Shown: piece after piece, positions 44,026 to 53,243 of the stretch | How positions within the stretch are numbered: the first letter of the stretch is position 1 | Layout of the letters: each line of letters begins with the position of its first letter | Origin: a virus | Taxonomy: Duplodnaviria; Caudoviricetes | Direction: 5' to 3' (one strand) | Length of the DNA: 64,000 nt | IMG/VR virus record: IMGVR_UViG_3300018089_000001 | Location: 64,001 to 128,000 of that record | Made by a program: the position numbers and the translations under genes | The notes under the pieces: model-generated | Database searches by the model: none | What the model was told of the DNA's origin: nothing | The model's input: only the letters and a program-made list of their open reading frames with translations

Positions 44026-44219
44026 TTTGGTCTCCGCGCTATCGATTCCTCGATGGTTCCCACGATGGCTACCCACCTTGCTTCTGTGAAAAGGGGATCG
44101 TTAGTCATCTCAACGAAGCGAGAGCGGCACTCATCGTCGCAGAAGACGTACATGGGAACGTCTGGCGTAAGAACGGGTCGTGGGCAACCGCATGCGCCGC
44201 ATGATCCGGTGTAACGCAT
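44022..44219 (-). CDS. Small Cys-rich hypothetical protein
   Basis: CGACGC...FCDDEC; TAATG and TTGA overlaps. Confidence 0.5.
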   Translation of the reverse strand: MRYTGSCGACGCPRPVLTPDVPMYVFCDDECRSRFVEMTNDPLFTEARWVAIVGTIEESIARRPN

Positions 44220-46843
44220 TAGAAGTCCATCCTGATCCGGATGTTGATGCGGTCCCGGGCCCTGATCCTGATCGGGTCGGCCAGCCGGGCGACCGCGACG
44301 AGCTCACGGTCGGAGTTGTAGATGCCCACGGTCGTGGCCCGGATCGACCCACTCGGATGCCGGGCCAGCCTCTCGCCCGCGGAGCCGGTCGCGAAGAACG
44401 TCGGGTTGTTCGTGCAGTTGAACTCGCCCCGGTCGATCCTGCACATCAGGGTCTTGACCGGCACCCGGCTATCCCCCCTGAAGCGACAGACCAGCGTCGC
44501 GTTCGGGTCGAACGCGAGGCCGTCCGTCCGCCCGAAGTCCATCAGCGCCGGGTCCTTGATGACGACCAGGCCCTCGCCGTAGAACACGTTGCCGACCTTG
44601 GGCCACCCGACGCTGTCGTTCGGATCGAAGGCCGACGGGAGCCCGCCGGACGCCACGGAGCCGGAGACGTACAGGCCGCCGTGGCCGTCGTCAACCAGGG
44701 TCCTGACGATCCCGTAGCTGGGGTCCGACCAGGACTGGTCGGTGATCGACACGCTGCCCGGAGCGATCTGCCTCCCGTAGAAGGCCGACGGGACGTCCAG
44801 CACGAGCATCCGGGTGACGGGATCGCTGGACGACAGCGCGACGGGGGCGATCGTGCTGTTTCCCGAGACGAACGTGGGGGCGAACCGCTTGGGCACCGTG
44901 AAGAGGGCGTTATCACTCGGCTCCCAGACCGGTCCCGACCTGTCGTCGAACCCGAGGAGCCGTCCGAACTGGAACGACGCTCCCTGGGCCTGACGGGCCT
45001 GGTCCAGGGCCCCCGAGCCCATCGGATACGAGTAGACCCGCGAGAGGGGCCCATCGTTGAAGGCCAGACTGAGCTGCGGTGCCAGGAGATCGCTCCCCGT
45101 GATCCTCCTGTTGTACACGGAGAGCAGTTGGTCATACGTCATCGATCGGGTCCAGACCCGGCTCTCCCCGATGAATCCGTGGAAGGCCAGGCCGGACGTC
45201 CCGGTCATGGCGGCGCTCTCCGTGGCCACCGTCCCGGTGGTCACCGTCCCCGTGTCCAGCCTGTTCCCCACCGTGTGCAGCGTGGTCGGCGACGACGCCG
45301 TGAGGGGTGTCATCGTGAACCCCACACCCCGCAGGTTCAGGTAGAGGGTCCCGCTGTACGACGTCCCGTCGTAGGTGACCGCGACGTGGTTCCAACAACC
45401 TGAGTCCGCGGACAGCGACGACGTGACGAAGATGCCGTTCGATCCGCTGAAGAAGACGGTTCCGGCGGAGCCCGTCATCCCGAGCCAGATGAGGTTGTTG
45501 CGTGAATGGAGCGTGAAGGGCCGGGGCGCGTAGGTCGGAGCGAGGGGCTTGAACCAGCTCTCGATCGTGAAGGACGAGGTCAGCGACTGCGGCGCGTACT
45601 GACCGAGGTACCCGGAGAAGTTCTGCAGGGCCTGCTTGAGGTTGGGAATGACCCCCGTGGCCACCTGGGAACCCGTGCTCATGTACAGGGCGGCCAGGTC
45701 GAAGTGCCTCGTCCCCGAGACCTCCGGGTTGTGCCCCACGTAGAAGTTCTGGGACGAGGTGATCGCGACGTTCCCGGTGAGGAATGAGACCGATGAGCCT
45801 ATGGCCCTACCGGTGTTCATGGACCGCACGCCCCAGGAGATCGCCCCGTTCGACCGGTCGAGCGCCCCGATCGCGACGTGCCACTCCCCGAGGAACAGGT
45901 TCCGTGCGATCGACGCGATCTTGAACGTCGGCGTGCTCATGACCCGGAGCGTCGCGACGTTGTTCCCCCCGTCATCTAGGAACCATCCAACCTGGTTCGA
46001 GATCGGGTCAACCTTGCCGAACAGCGCCGACCCGGCGTTCAGGCCGCTCTCCCCACCCTGCGTGGAGTCCCGGAAGCGTCCCACATACGCGAAGAGCAGG
46101 TCCGATCCCGACTGGATGTCGAAGTTCTGTCCCCCATCGAACCTGACGTTGGGGGACGACGACGTGAAGCCGACGCACAGGTCCGTCCCCATGAGCGGTC
46201 CGGGGTTCCCATAGTTCACGGTCCCGTTGCGGCTGGTGTCGAACTGCAGCGGCAATGGGTTCCCCGTGGGGGTGAACGAGGCCGTGAGCGACCCGGTCCC
46301 CTCGTCAAGGAGCCAGCCGAACCCCCAGCTCCCCCACCCGACGGCGGCGGCCATCTGGGCCGACGAGCTCGGGTAGCCGAACGCCGGGGTGAGCGCCCCC
46401 GTCAGGACGACGACGTTCCGCGAGGTCCCCTTGAAGAAGAGGCAGTAGTTGTCGTAGGACGAGGTGACGTAGTCCGGGTCCATGACCCGGTAATCCTGGT
46501 AGAGCCGCTGGAGCACGTCCCAGTGCTCCTCGCCCCACCTGGTCGAGTTGACCTGGGAGAGGCCCAGGGCCTCGCTGGTCACGTACACGAAGTTGACGGA
46601 GGCCGTCAGCGGCTGGCCGAGTCGCGGGTTGCCCGTCTGGTTGACGTTGGGCGCGAACGACTGATACGTGATGGTCGAGAACGTCCCGGGACGGCGGCGG
46701 GCTCCCCCGTAGAGTGAGAGGGACGCCGAGCCCTCCGGCGAGCCGCTCCATCCCTGGGCCCCTGACACGAGCGTGTAGCTCGGCTCGAGGATCAGGACGT
46801 TGTCGAGTTGGTCCTCCGGACCGAATCTCTTGAAGGCCGGCAT
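44219..46843 (-). CDS. Baseplate/fibre protein with LamG-like domains
   Basis: SFTIESWFKP...WNHVAVTYDG...FHGFIGESRVW; C-terminal FNCTNNPTF..TTVGIYN..LVAVARL. Confidence 0.75.
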   Translation of the reverse strand: MPAFKRFGPEDQLDNVLILEPSYTLVSGAQGWSGSPEGSASLSLYGGARRRPGTFSTITYQSFAPNVNQTGNPRLGQPLTASVNFVYVTSEALGLSQVNSTRWGEEHWDVLQRLYQDYRVMDPDYVTSSYDNYCLFFKGTSRNVVVLTGALTPAFGYPSSSAQMAAAVGWGSWGFGWLLDEGTGSLTASFTPTGNPLPLQFDTSRNGTVNYGNPGPLMGTDLCVGFTSSSPNVRFDGGQNFDIQSGSDLLFAYVGRFRDSTQGGESGLNAGSALFGKVDPISNQVGWFLDDGGNNVATLRVMSTPTFKIASIARNLFLGEWHVAIGALDRSNGAISWGVRSMNTGRAIGSSVSFLTGNVAITSSQNFYVGHNPEVSGTRHFDLAALYMSTGSQVATGVIPNLKQALQNFSGYLGQYAPQSLTSSFTIESWFKPLAPTYAPRPFTLHSRNNLIWLGMTGSAGTVFFSGSNGIFVTSSLSADSGCWNHVAVTYDGTSYSGTLYLNLRGVGFTMTPLTASSPTTLHTVGNRLDTGTVTTGTVATESAAMTGTSGLAFHGFIGESRVWTRSMTYDQLLSVYNRRITGSDLLAPQLSLAFNDGPLSRVYSYPMGSGALDQARQAQGASFQFGRLLGFDDRSGPVWEPSDNALFTVPKRFAPTFVSGNSTIAPVALSSSDPVTRMLVLDVPSAFYGRQIAPGSVSITDQSWSDPSYGIVRTLVDDGHGGLYVSGSVASGGLPSAFDPNDSVGWPKVGNVFYGEGLVVIKDPALMDFGRTDGLAFDPNATLVCRFRGDSRVPVKTLMCRIDRGEFNCTNNPTFFATGSAGERLARHPSGSIRATTVGIYNSDRELVAVARLADPIRIRARDRINIRIRMDF

Positions 46844-46912
46844 CAGTCGATGGGGGCAGGTATGATCGATTTATTCTGCCGATCCAACCAATCTTCTAAG
46901 TGGTTGTAATCA

Positions 46913-47908
46913 TTAGTAATCGAGCCGCAGCCTGAAAATTGCCTCGGTCTCGGGGGACTTCAGCACCGGCCGGTTCGTCTTGCCGACGGCCAGCAGGTTG
47001 TCGTTCTCGTCGTAGAGCCCGATCGTCGTGACGTACGTGCGGGTCGTGAGGATGTTACTCCCCGAGGTGACCCGAATAAGGCCGGTGGAGTCGGTGAATG
47101 TCGGGTTCGACGAGTAGTTGAACTCGTTGTTGAAGGCCCGGCAGAAGTACAGCGACGACTGCAGGTTCGTCTGGTTGTTCAGGGCGATCAGCTCGATGTG
47201 GGTGCGGGCCCCGTCGACGACCTGGTTGATGCACCCGGAGAACTGGGTGTTGATCAGGCTCTTGGTCCCCGACCAGGTCGCGATCGCGCCCCAGGCCGTG
47301 TCCGGCTGGAGGATGACCACGCCGGCGTTGTACCAGACCTGCCCGACCTCCGAGCCTGTCCCGTTGTACTTGAGCGGCGCGTAGTCGCCGCCGAGCGACT
47401 GCTGGAAGTTCACGGCGGCGCCGGCGTCGGACGCCGTGTACTGCGTCGGCGTGGTCGAGTTGATGACGATGTTGACCGTGCCCTTCTTGATCTCGTCCTT
47501 GGAGATGTTCCTCCGGAACGAGAGGAAGAGGGCGTGCCTGGCGGCGGTCGAGTTGATGGTGAACGTCGAATCGGGGTTACCCAGGAGGACGGCGGCCCAC
47601 TGCCGATAGATCTTGATCTTCTCGGAGAGGGACGACGTGGAGGTGGCTAGGACGTTGTACTGGGAGCCGGTCGAGAACCCGTACGTCATGTCGAACAGCG
47701 GGCTCGACAGGGACGCGGTCGGCGAGGCGTCGTACGCGCTCTCCCAGTAGCCGCCGAGGTCGATCGCCGCGGACCCCGAGGCGACGTTCTTGAAGAACTT
47801 GACGTTGACGTTGTTCGCGAAGATCGACCCGGTGATCGAGATGGTCTCGTTGATCGCCGTGGAGAGCGGGGCGAAATCGTCCTGCAGGTTGAAGGCCTTG
47901 AAGGAAAT
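46913..47908 (-). CDS. Baseplate wedge/fibre attachment protein with apparent ATT start
   Basis: Well-biased codons continue 73 codons upstream of ATG 47689 to ATT-TCC-TTC-AAG (SFKAFNLQDD); C-terminal FNYSSNPTF..TTIGLYD..LLAVGK. Confidence 0.7.
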   Translation of the reverse strand: MSFKAFNLQDDFAPLSTAINETISITGSIFANNVNVKFFKNVASGSAAIDLGGYWESAYDASPTASLSSPLFDMTYGFSTGSQYNVLATSTSSLSEKIKIYRQWAAVLLGNPDSTFTINSTAARHALFLSFRRNISKDEIKKGTVNIVINSTTPTQYTASDAGAAVNFQQSLGGDYAPLKYNGTGSEVGQVWYNAGVVILQPDTAWGAIATWSGTKSLINTQFSGCINQVVDGARTHIELIALNNQTNLQSSLYFCRAFNNEFNYSSNPTFTDSTGLIRVTSGSNILTTRTYVTTIGLYDENDNLLAVGKTNRPVLKSPETEAIFRLRLDY

Positions 47909-47928
47909 TGTTAAATGATTCCCTAGGC

Positions 47929-48687
47929 TTAGACAGATTCCGTTGCTACGGTTGTGAGATGCGCCGGTGAGAGATCAAGCCCGAATACGCCCACCAGCGT
48001 CCTGTGATCAGCGTAGATCACATGGTAACCGAGCTTACGGGCCTCCCTCACCTTTTCAAGTGAGGGCCCGCGCTCGAACCCCTTCACCTCCACGAACACG
48101 CCGTCGTCGGCGATGTAGAAGTCAGGGATGTACTTCCTCCCGTCCGGGAGGTCTATGACCTTAGACTCATGCTCCCAATCGAAACCGCGCGGTTCGAGGT
48201 AGTCCTTGATGAAGGCGGCCTCCCACCGGGAGCGAACAGTGATCGAACTTCCGTCAGAAAGGGTGCAGGAGTAGTTCTTCGAGACCAGTTTTTCCTTCAT
48301 GCCATTCATGACATACAGGAATTGACTCCGGCACCGCCTACTGCAGAACTCCTTCTTCACGTCCGTCACCCGTCGGCGGATCGTCTTCCCACACCCCGGG
48401 TTCCGGCAGACAACATCCTCATGCGGGACGGTCTCGCTCCCAAGCTTCAGTCTCCGGTTGTTCTCACCCACGCAGGCCATGCCGCAGAACTTGGCGAGGT
48501 TCGGCTTTCCACCGCGGACGAGCCGAGGGACGCTAAATGTTTTTCCACAGGACACGCAGGCGCGATCCTCATAGCGCTCCGCCCTCTTCCGACGGGTCCG
48601 CTCGTCCCGACAGGCCATCGAACATGTAAAGAGTCCGGCCCTCGCCGGATACTCCGCTCCGCAGATCTCGCAGATTCTGACCAGCAC
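47929..48687 (-). mobile_element. Free-standing homing endonuclease-like gene (Zn-finger repeats + PD-(D/E)xK)
   Basis: Three CxxC...CxxxC repeats, then RSRWE...YIPDFY...VEVKG; lower GC; sits between structural genes. Confidence 0.8.
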
Positions 48688-49401
48688 TCAGCCCACGAAC
48701 TCCAGGATGCTAACGGGGATCTGGACGCTGAGGCCGCTCTGCTGTCCCTGGACGTTCACGGTCGTCGTGATCGTCCTGGGCTTCGCGGCGGTGGCCCCCG
48801 CCAGGATGTCAAAGACGGTCGAGCTCAGCGTCTGGACGCGGAGCGTGAAGACACACTGGGACCCGTTGGCCGCCGTGGACCGCCCCGGCGCGGCGGGGAT
48901 GATGTACCGGGCGGCCCCGAAGGGGGTGATCGAGACGGGAGTCTCGTTCGGGACGTACAGGATGTCGTTGTCCACCTGCACGAGGTAGTTGAAGTCCACC
49001 AGCTCGGCGGGGATGACCGCCTGGGACTGGGTGGTCTGCTGGGAGACCGTCACGTCGACGCCGCCGCCGGTCGCGTCCGTGCGGTCCTTCAGGGACACGG
49101 CACTCGGGTTGGCGATCATGTCCGGAAGGAACTGGAGGGTGGCGTTCCTGATCGTCAGGAGCGGGTTCCGGAGGGCGATCGTCTCATTCGTGAACCCCTC
49201 CAGGATGGGGGTGTCCAGGATCTTCTGGTCCTTGTTGTCCGAGCCCGTCAGCTCGTTCCAGTTCCGGTAGTCGATCTCGTCGTCCCCGAGCCTGAAGCGG
49301 ACGACTGAGAAGCTCCCGTCGTTCCGGGCCATGAGTTGCCGCCCGTGGTCCGTCAGGGTCGCGTCGATGAAGAAGTCGGTCGAGTTGTCGTTGTATCCCA
49401 T
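48688..49401 (-). CDS. Baseplate/virion structural protein
   Basis: MGY..IDATLTDHGRQLMA..F..FRLGDDEIDY..TPILE. Confidence 0.7.
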   Translation of the reverse strand: MGYNDNSTDFFIDATLTDHGRQLMARNDGSFSVVRFRLGDDEIDYRNWNELTGSDNKDQKILDTPILEGFTNETIALRNPLLTIRNATLQFLPDMIANPSAVSLKDRTDATGGGVDVTVSQQTTQSQAVIPAELVDFNYLVQVDNDILYVPNETPVSITPFGAARYIIPAAPGRSTAANGSQCVFTLRVQTLSSTVFDILAGATAAKPRTITTTVNVQGQQSGLSVQIPVSILEFVG

Positions 49402-49404
49402 TGG

Positions 49405-49686
49405 TCACCCGTACTTCTGGGGCCGTCTGTTGTAATGAATCACGGTCGGCGCGTCCTTCGTACGCGCGCACCTGGTCAACTCAGCTGCGAGAGCCTCAGC
49501 GTGTTCAGGACTCAGGTGCAGGTATTCACCGCTGATCATGTCAGAATCGAAGTCCACCAGGTGGAGTATGACGTTCCCGTTGGACGCTGGAAAGCAGCAA
49601 GCCCCGTCTGTCCTGCCGTTGGCCCGACAGCCATACCCCTGGAGAACCAGGGTCTCGTAGACCACATCCTCTACCGCCTCAGGCAT
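49405..49686 (-). CDS. Hypothetical moron-like gene (93 aa)
   Basis: Lower GC; its own upstream motif ATAAGTACAGACC-ATG. Confidence 0.5.
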   Translation of the reverse strand: MPEAVEDVVYETLVLQGYGCRANGRTDGACCFPASNGNVILHLVDFDSDMISGEYLHLSPEHAEALAAELTRCARTKDAPTVIHYNRRPQKYG

Positions 49687-49695
49687 GGTCTGTAC

Positions 49696-51444
49696 TTATG
49701 CGGGCCTGGCGGTGCCGCCGGGCGTCAGGCCCACATCGGTCGTGTCCACGGAGAGCTGCACCTCGGCCCGTTCCCCCGTGGCAAGGGACTGGACTTCGAC
49801 CACGTAGGAGCGGTCGAAGAGCGGGAGGTCGCTCTGGGCGGCCCGGATGTAGGTCACGATCCGGTCATAGGCCACGACCTCGGTCGGAGGCCTCTGCCTG
49901 GGTCCCACGGCGTGGTCCATCGGGTCGTCGCCGGCCGGACCAACTAGCCGCACAGGCTCCTCACCGAGGTACCGGCTCCTCTGGGTCAACACGGTGGCGA
50001 TCTTCTCCGAGAGGACGGACCTCTGCCCATGGAACGACGTCGAGTACATGGCGTACATGTACGAGGCGTGGGATGACTCGTGGGGACGGACGTCGGTGTC
50101 CACGAAGGCACCGTTGGCGGGGACGAACTCCCCGAGGACCCGCCAGTCGGAGTACCGCCCGGCGACGCCGACCGACCTGACCAGGGTGATCTTCGAGATG
50201 TCCCTCCGGGGGTCGTTTGGCATCTTCCAGACGATCCGGACCTGTCCCTTGGGCGAGATGGGCTGGACGATCAGCTCGTCCGGCGGGTCCGGGGGGACCT
50301 CATCGAGCACGGCCACCCGGGCCCAGTCCGACCAGTCGGCGGAGTAGAACGACGCGTCGCGCACCACCCGACCGGCCGACGTGTCCACCACGGGGCTCTG
50401 GTTAAGGCTCGATGTCCCGAAGAACCCCACGTTCGGACCGTGGGTCCACTGGACAAGCGTCCTGATGCGATAGGCGTAGCGACCCCCGTAGACCACCTCA
50501 CGATCGACGAAGCTCGACTGGCCGGGGTCATCGAGAACAACGGTCCTGGTCAGGTCCATCGAGCCGGAGGCCCCGAGGGTATACCGCTCAAGGACGTACC
50601 CGACGTACATGAGATCGGGGCTATTCGGCGCCGCGGGAAACTTCGGGACCGGGTTCGCCAGCGGAACGTCCTGGTTGAACTCCGAGATCACCTCGAGGCC
50701 CGAGACGAGCTTGGCCAGGGCCCCCAGGGACGCGAGGTGAACGTGGTCGGAGGCGATTGAGATCCGCCCGCGGTCCAGGGCACCCGCGATGGACGGATCG
50801 ACGAAGTTCACTCGCAGACGGGACGCGGAGGGCGGGATCGACTTGATCCTGAACTCGTCGCCGGCCAGACGCTCGACGGTCGCATGCGAGCCCGCGCCCG
50901 CGGGGGAAGAGAGGAAGAGGTCTTCGCTGAACGCGGGTGGCTCGGGAGTCGGCAACGGGTCCACGAGCAACGCCTGCACGGCGCCAGGAGCGACGTATCC
51001 GTTGGCGACGGCCCGCGTCGCGGTCGGCACGTCGATCGCGGCGGGAGCCGTCGGAGTCCTCGGGTCAAACGGACGCAGGCCCTTCCGACTAAGCAGGAAG
51101 TTCCTGGGGGCCGCGGCGGGCTGCCAATCGAGCGTGACATAGCGCGGCAGCGACTCAAGCGAAGCGGACGGGTCTGAGACGAAGGCCGACTGCTCGTCCG
51201 CGGTGTAGAAGTTATAGACCGCCACGGCCTCCAGCGCATAGTCCTCGAACAGCGTCCCATGGAAGGCAGCGGACGAGCTCAGCGAGGCGATGACCGTGGT
51301 CGGGTCGATCCGGGGAGGAGAGTTGATCACCGTCGGAGGCTGGGCGGGCGGCGGGGTGATCGGAATTCCACCGAAACCGACGTACGACCCGAGCAGGTTG
51401 ACGTCGAAATTTAGGGTCAGCTGGAAGTCACCGAGCAGAGACAT
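49696..51444 (-). CDS. Virion protein with FN3-like domains
   Basis: FVDREVVYGGRYAYRI, VPPDPP..IVWKMP, FVDTDV..YMYAM. Confidence 0.65.
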   Translation of the reverse strand: MSLLGDFQLTLNFDVNLLGSYVGFGGIPITPPPAQPPTVINSPPRIDPTTVIASLSSSAAFHGTLFEDYALEAVAVYNFYTADEQSAFVSDPSASLESLPRYVTLDWQPAAAPRNFLLSRKGLRPFDPRTPTAPAAIDVPTATRAVANGYVAPGAVQALLVDPLPTPEPPAFSEDLFLSSPAGAGSHATVERLAGDEFRIKSIPPSASRLRVNFVDPSIAGALDRGRISIASDHVHLASLGALAKLVSGLEVISEFNQDVPLANPVPKFPAAPNSPDLMYVGYVLERYTLGASGSMDLTRTVVLDDPGQSSFVDREVVYGGRYAYRIRTLVQWTHGPNVGFFGTSSLNQSPVVDTSAGRVVRDASFYSADWSDWARVAVLDEVPPDPPDELIVQPISPKGQVRIVWKMPNDPRRDISKITLVRSVGVAGRYSDWRVLGEFVPANGAFVDTDVRPHESSHASYMYAMYSTSFHGQRSVLSEKIATVLTQRSRYLGEEPVRLVGPAGDDPMDHAVGPRQRPPTEVVAYDRIVTYIRAAQSDLPLFDRSYVVEVQSLATGERAEVQLSVDTTDVGLTPGGTARPA

Positions 51445-53243
51445 CAGACCAGCGCTCCCGGGAAGAAATCGTAGACGGTCCGGACGATCTGCATCAGGCC
51501 TGAGATCCCCCCGTAGGTGGTCAAGTCAAGCACTGCGGTGCCGATGGCGTCCCTCAGGGTCACGGCGTCCACGGGAGCGGTGGACCCGCTCGCGGGGATG
51601 GACGTCGGCGAGTAACGCGACTGCGTGGAGGCATTGACTCGGGTGGTGAGGGACGTCGCGAGCAGGGTCGGATCCAGCAGCGCGCTCTCGGGATCGATCG
51701 CCGAGAGAATCCTCGCGAGGCCCGCAGAGACGCTCTCCAGCGACTGCTGGGTCGGTTGGAAGCCAAGGGGGTCGTCCTTCTGGGCAGCGAAGAGGGTCAC
51801 GCCGGTCCCGTCTAGGACGGAGAGGATCGTCTGGGCGATCCCGTACGACGCCACCGCCGCGTCGATCGCAACGTGCACCTGGTTGATGTCACTCGGGACA
51901 AACATCCTGCCCGCCGAGGCCTCGGCGAACATCGAGGACGCGCGGGAGCCGATGTACGAGAACGAGCGGGTCTCGTCAGGCCCGTCTCCACGGCGCCTCG
52001 ATCCGAGCATGTTGCAGCCCGCCAGGATCCACCCGTAACCGGGGTCCCCATAGATGACCCGCGAGAGAGCGGGGTACGGGCTGACGGAGTCAAGGGAGCT
52101 TCCGGAACCGAGAGCGGCAGCGTCGGAGGCCACGAATGACCGGACGGAGTCCGCCTGGGCGGGACTGAGGTACAGGGAGTTCAGCGGCACATCGAACAGC
52201 GAGGAGTTCGCGGGTGCCTTCCGCTGCACACCGGAGAGGGAGTATGAGTAAAGGGTGCCGGGCTGATTGGAGCTGTCGATGACCGCCACGACATCGTCCC
52301 GCCTCACCCAGTCGTAAAACGACATGACCTGGTTGAAGTGGGGGTCCGTGAGCAACGCTGCGGTCGACGCCTGCGCGTCCTGCGCGGTGAACGTCGATGG
52401 TATGAAGTTTATGCCCGTAAACACGTCACGCTTCGCCAGGGTGTACCCGGACGCGTCCCGCATTTTGATCCAACAGACGATGGTCCCGGACTGCCTCTTA
52501 CCGTCGGTCACGACGTCAGCGGTGAACAGGAGGTACGGCTTGCGTCTCGAGAAGTCGAGCCTCGCGAGCGAGTCCAGCGCCTGCTTTCTCTTCACGAAGT
52601 CGGCATCGGGTTGGTATCCCAGGATGTCGACCAGCGGGTCGCCGCTCTGCCTAGAGATCCCGTCCACCGAGACCTCGAACGAGGCCAGTTGGGCGGCGGG
52701 AAGGTGGTCCTCGAAGGTCACCGTGCCCTCGTCGAAGCGACGGGCCACCGTAATGAGCTCGATCGTGGACTGCAGCAGCGACCTGGCCTCGCCGTCCCCC
52801 ACCGGGATGGCGTCAAACAGGCGTCGGTCGGCGTTGATCTGGTCGAACCTGGGCTTCGGGTTATCTGGAAGCAGGAAGCCCCTGCTCGCGGCGATCGCAC
52901 CGACCTGCGCGGCCCGAGCGAAGGCATTCACGATCGCGGACCTGATGGCGGCGATGGTCTCCACGACGGTGGAGCCGTTCGAAACGGTCCACGGGATGCC
53001 CAGACCGGTCCCGACGCTCCTGCAGATGGCCAGGAGGGCCTGCACCGTGGCCTCCGTGGCGGTATCCATGTTGCCTCCCTTGAGGGCGTCAGCGATCCTC
53101 TGGGCGGTCAGCGGGAGGACGGGCTGGGCGGGCGCCGGCGGATTCGGTGGAGGCGGGTCGAGGGGGGACCCTCCCGGACCGCGGGGGCCACCGCCTCCGC
53201 CGCCTCCACCGGTGTCGATGATTGATGGATCGTTGACGATCAT
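51444..53243 (-). CDS. Putative virion protein (599 aa)
   Basis: Coupled ORF with one FN3-like segment (DSSNQPGTLYSYSL). Confidence 0.6.
   Translation of the reverse strand: MIVNDPSIIDTGGGGGGGGPRGPGGSPLDPPPPNPPAPAQPVLPLTAQRIADALKGGNMDTATEATVQALLAICRSVGTGLGIPWTVSNGSTVVETIAAIRSAIVNAFARAAQVGAIAASRGFLLPDNPKPRFDQINADRRLFDAIPVGDGEARSLLQSTIELITVARRFDEGTVTFEDHLPAAQLASFEVSVDGISRQSGDPLVDILGYQPDADFVKRKQALDSLARLDFSRRKPYLLFTADVVTDGKRQSGTIVCWIKMRDASGYTLAKRDVFTGINFIPSTFTAQDAQASTAALLTDPHFNQVMSFYDWVRRDDVVAVIDSSNQPGTLYSYSLSGVQRKAPANSSLFDVPLNSLYLSPAQADSVRSFVASDAAALGSGSSLDSVSPYPALSRVIYGDPGYGWILAGCNMLGSRRRGDGPDETRSFSYIGSRASSMFAEASAGRMFVPSDINQVHVAIDAAVASYGIAQTILSVLDGTGVTLFAAQKDDPLGFQPTQQSLESVSAGLARILSAIDPESALLDPTLLATSLTTRVNASTQSRYSPTSIPASGSTAPVDAVTLRDAIGTAVLDLTTYGGISGLMQIVRTVYDFFPGALV

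Noticed and set aside
1150-44076. Long N-terminal extensions in the ORF track (starts at 2412, 11989, 15338, 29245, 35571, 37055, 38137, 44076)
   Set aside because: They overlap neighbouring genes; downstream coupled or SD-led starts fit better.
47909-48690. Group I intron housing the endonuclease
   Set aside because: The ORF abuts the upstream stop (TGAGTG) and leaves only 20 nt downstream, so there is no room for a ribozyme core.
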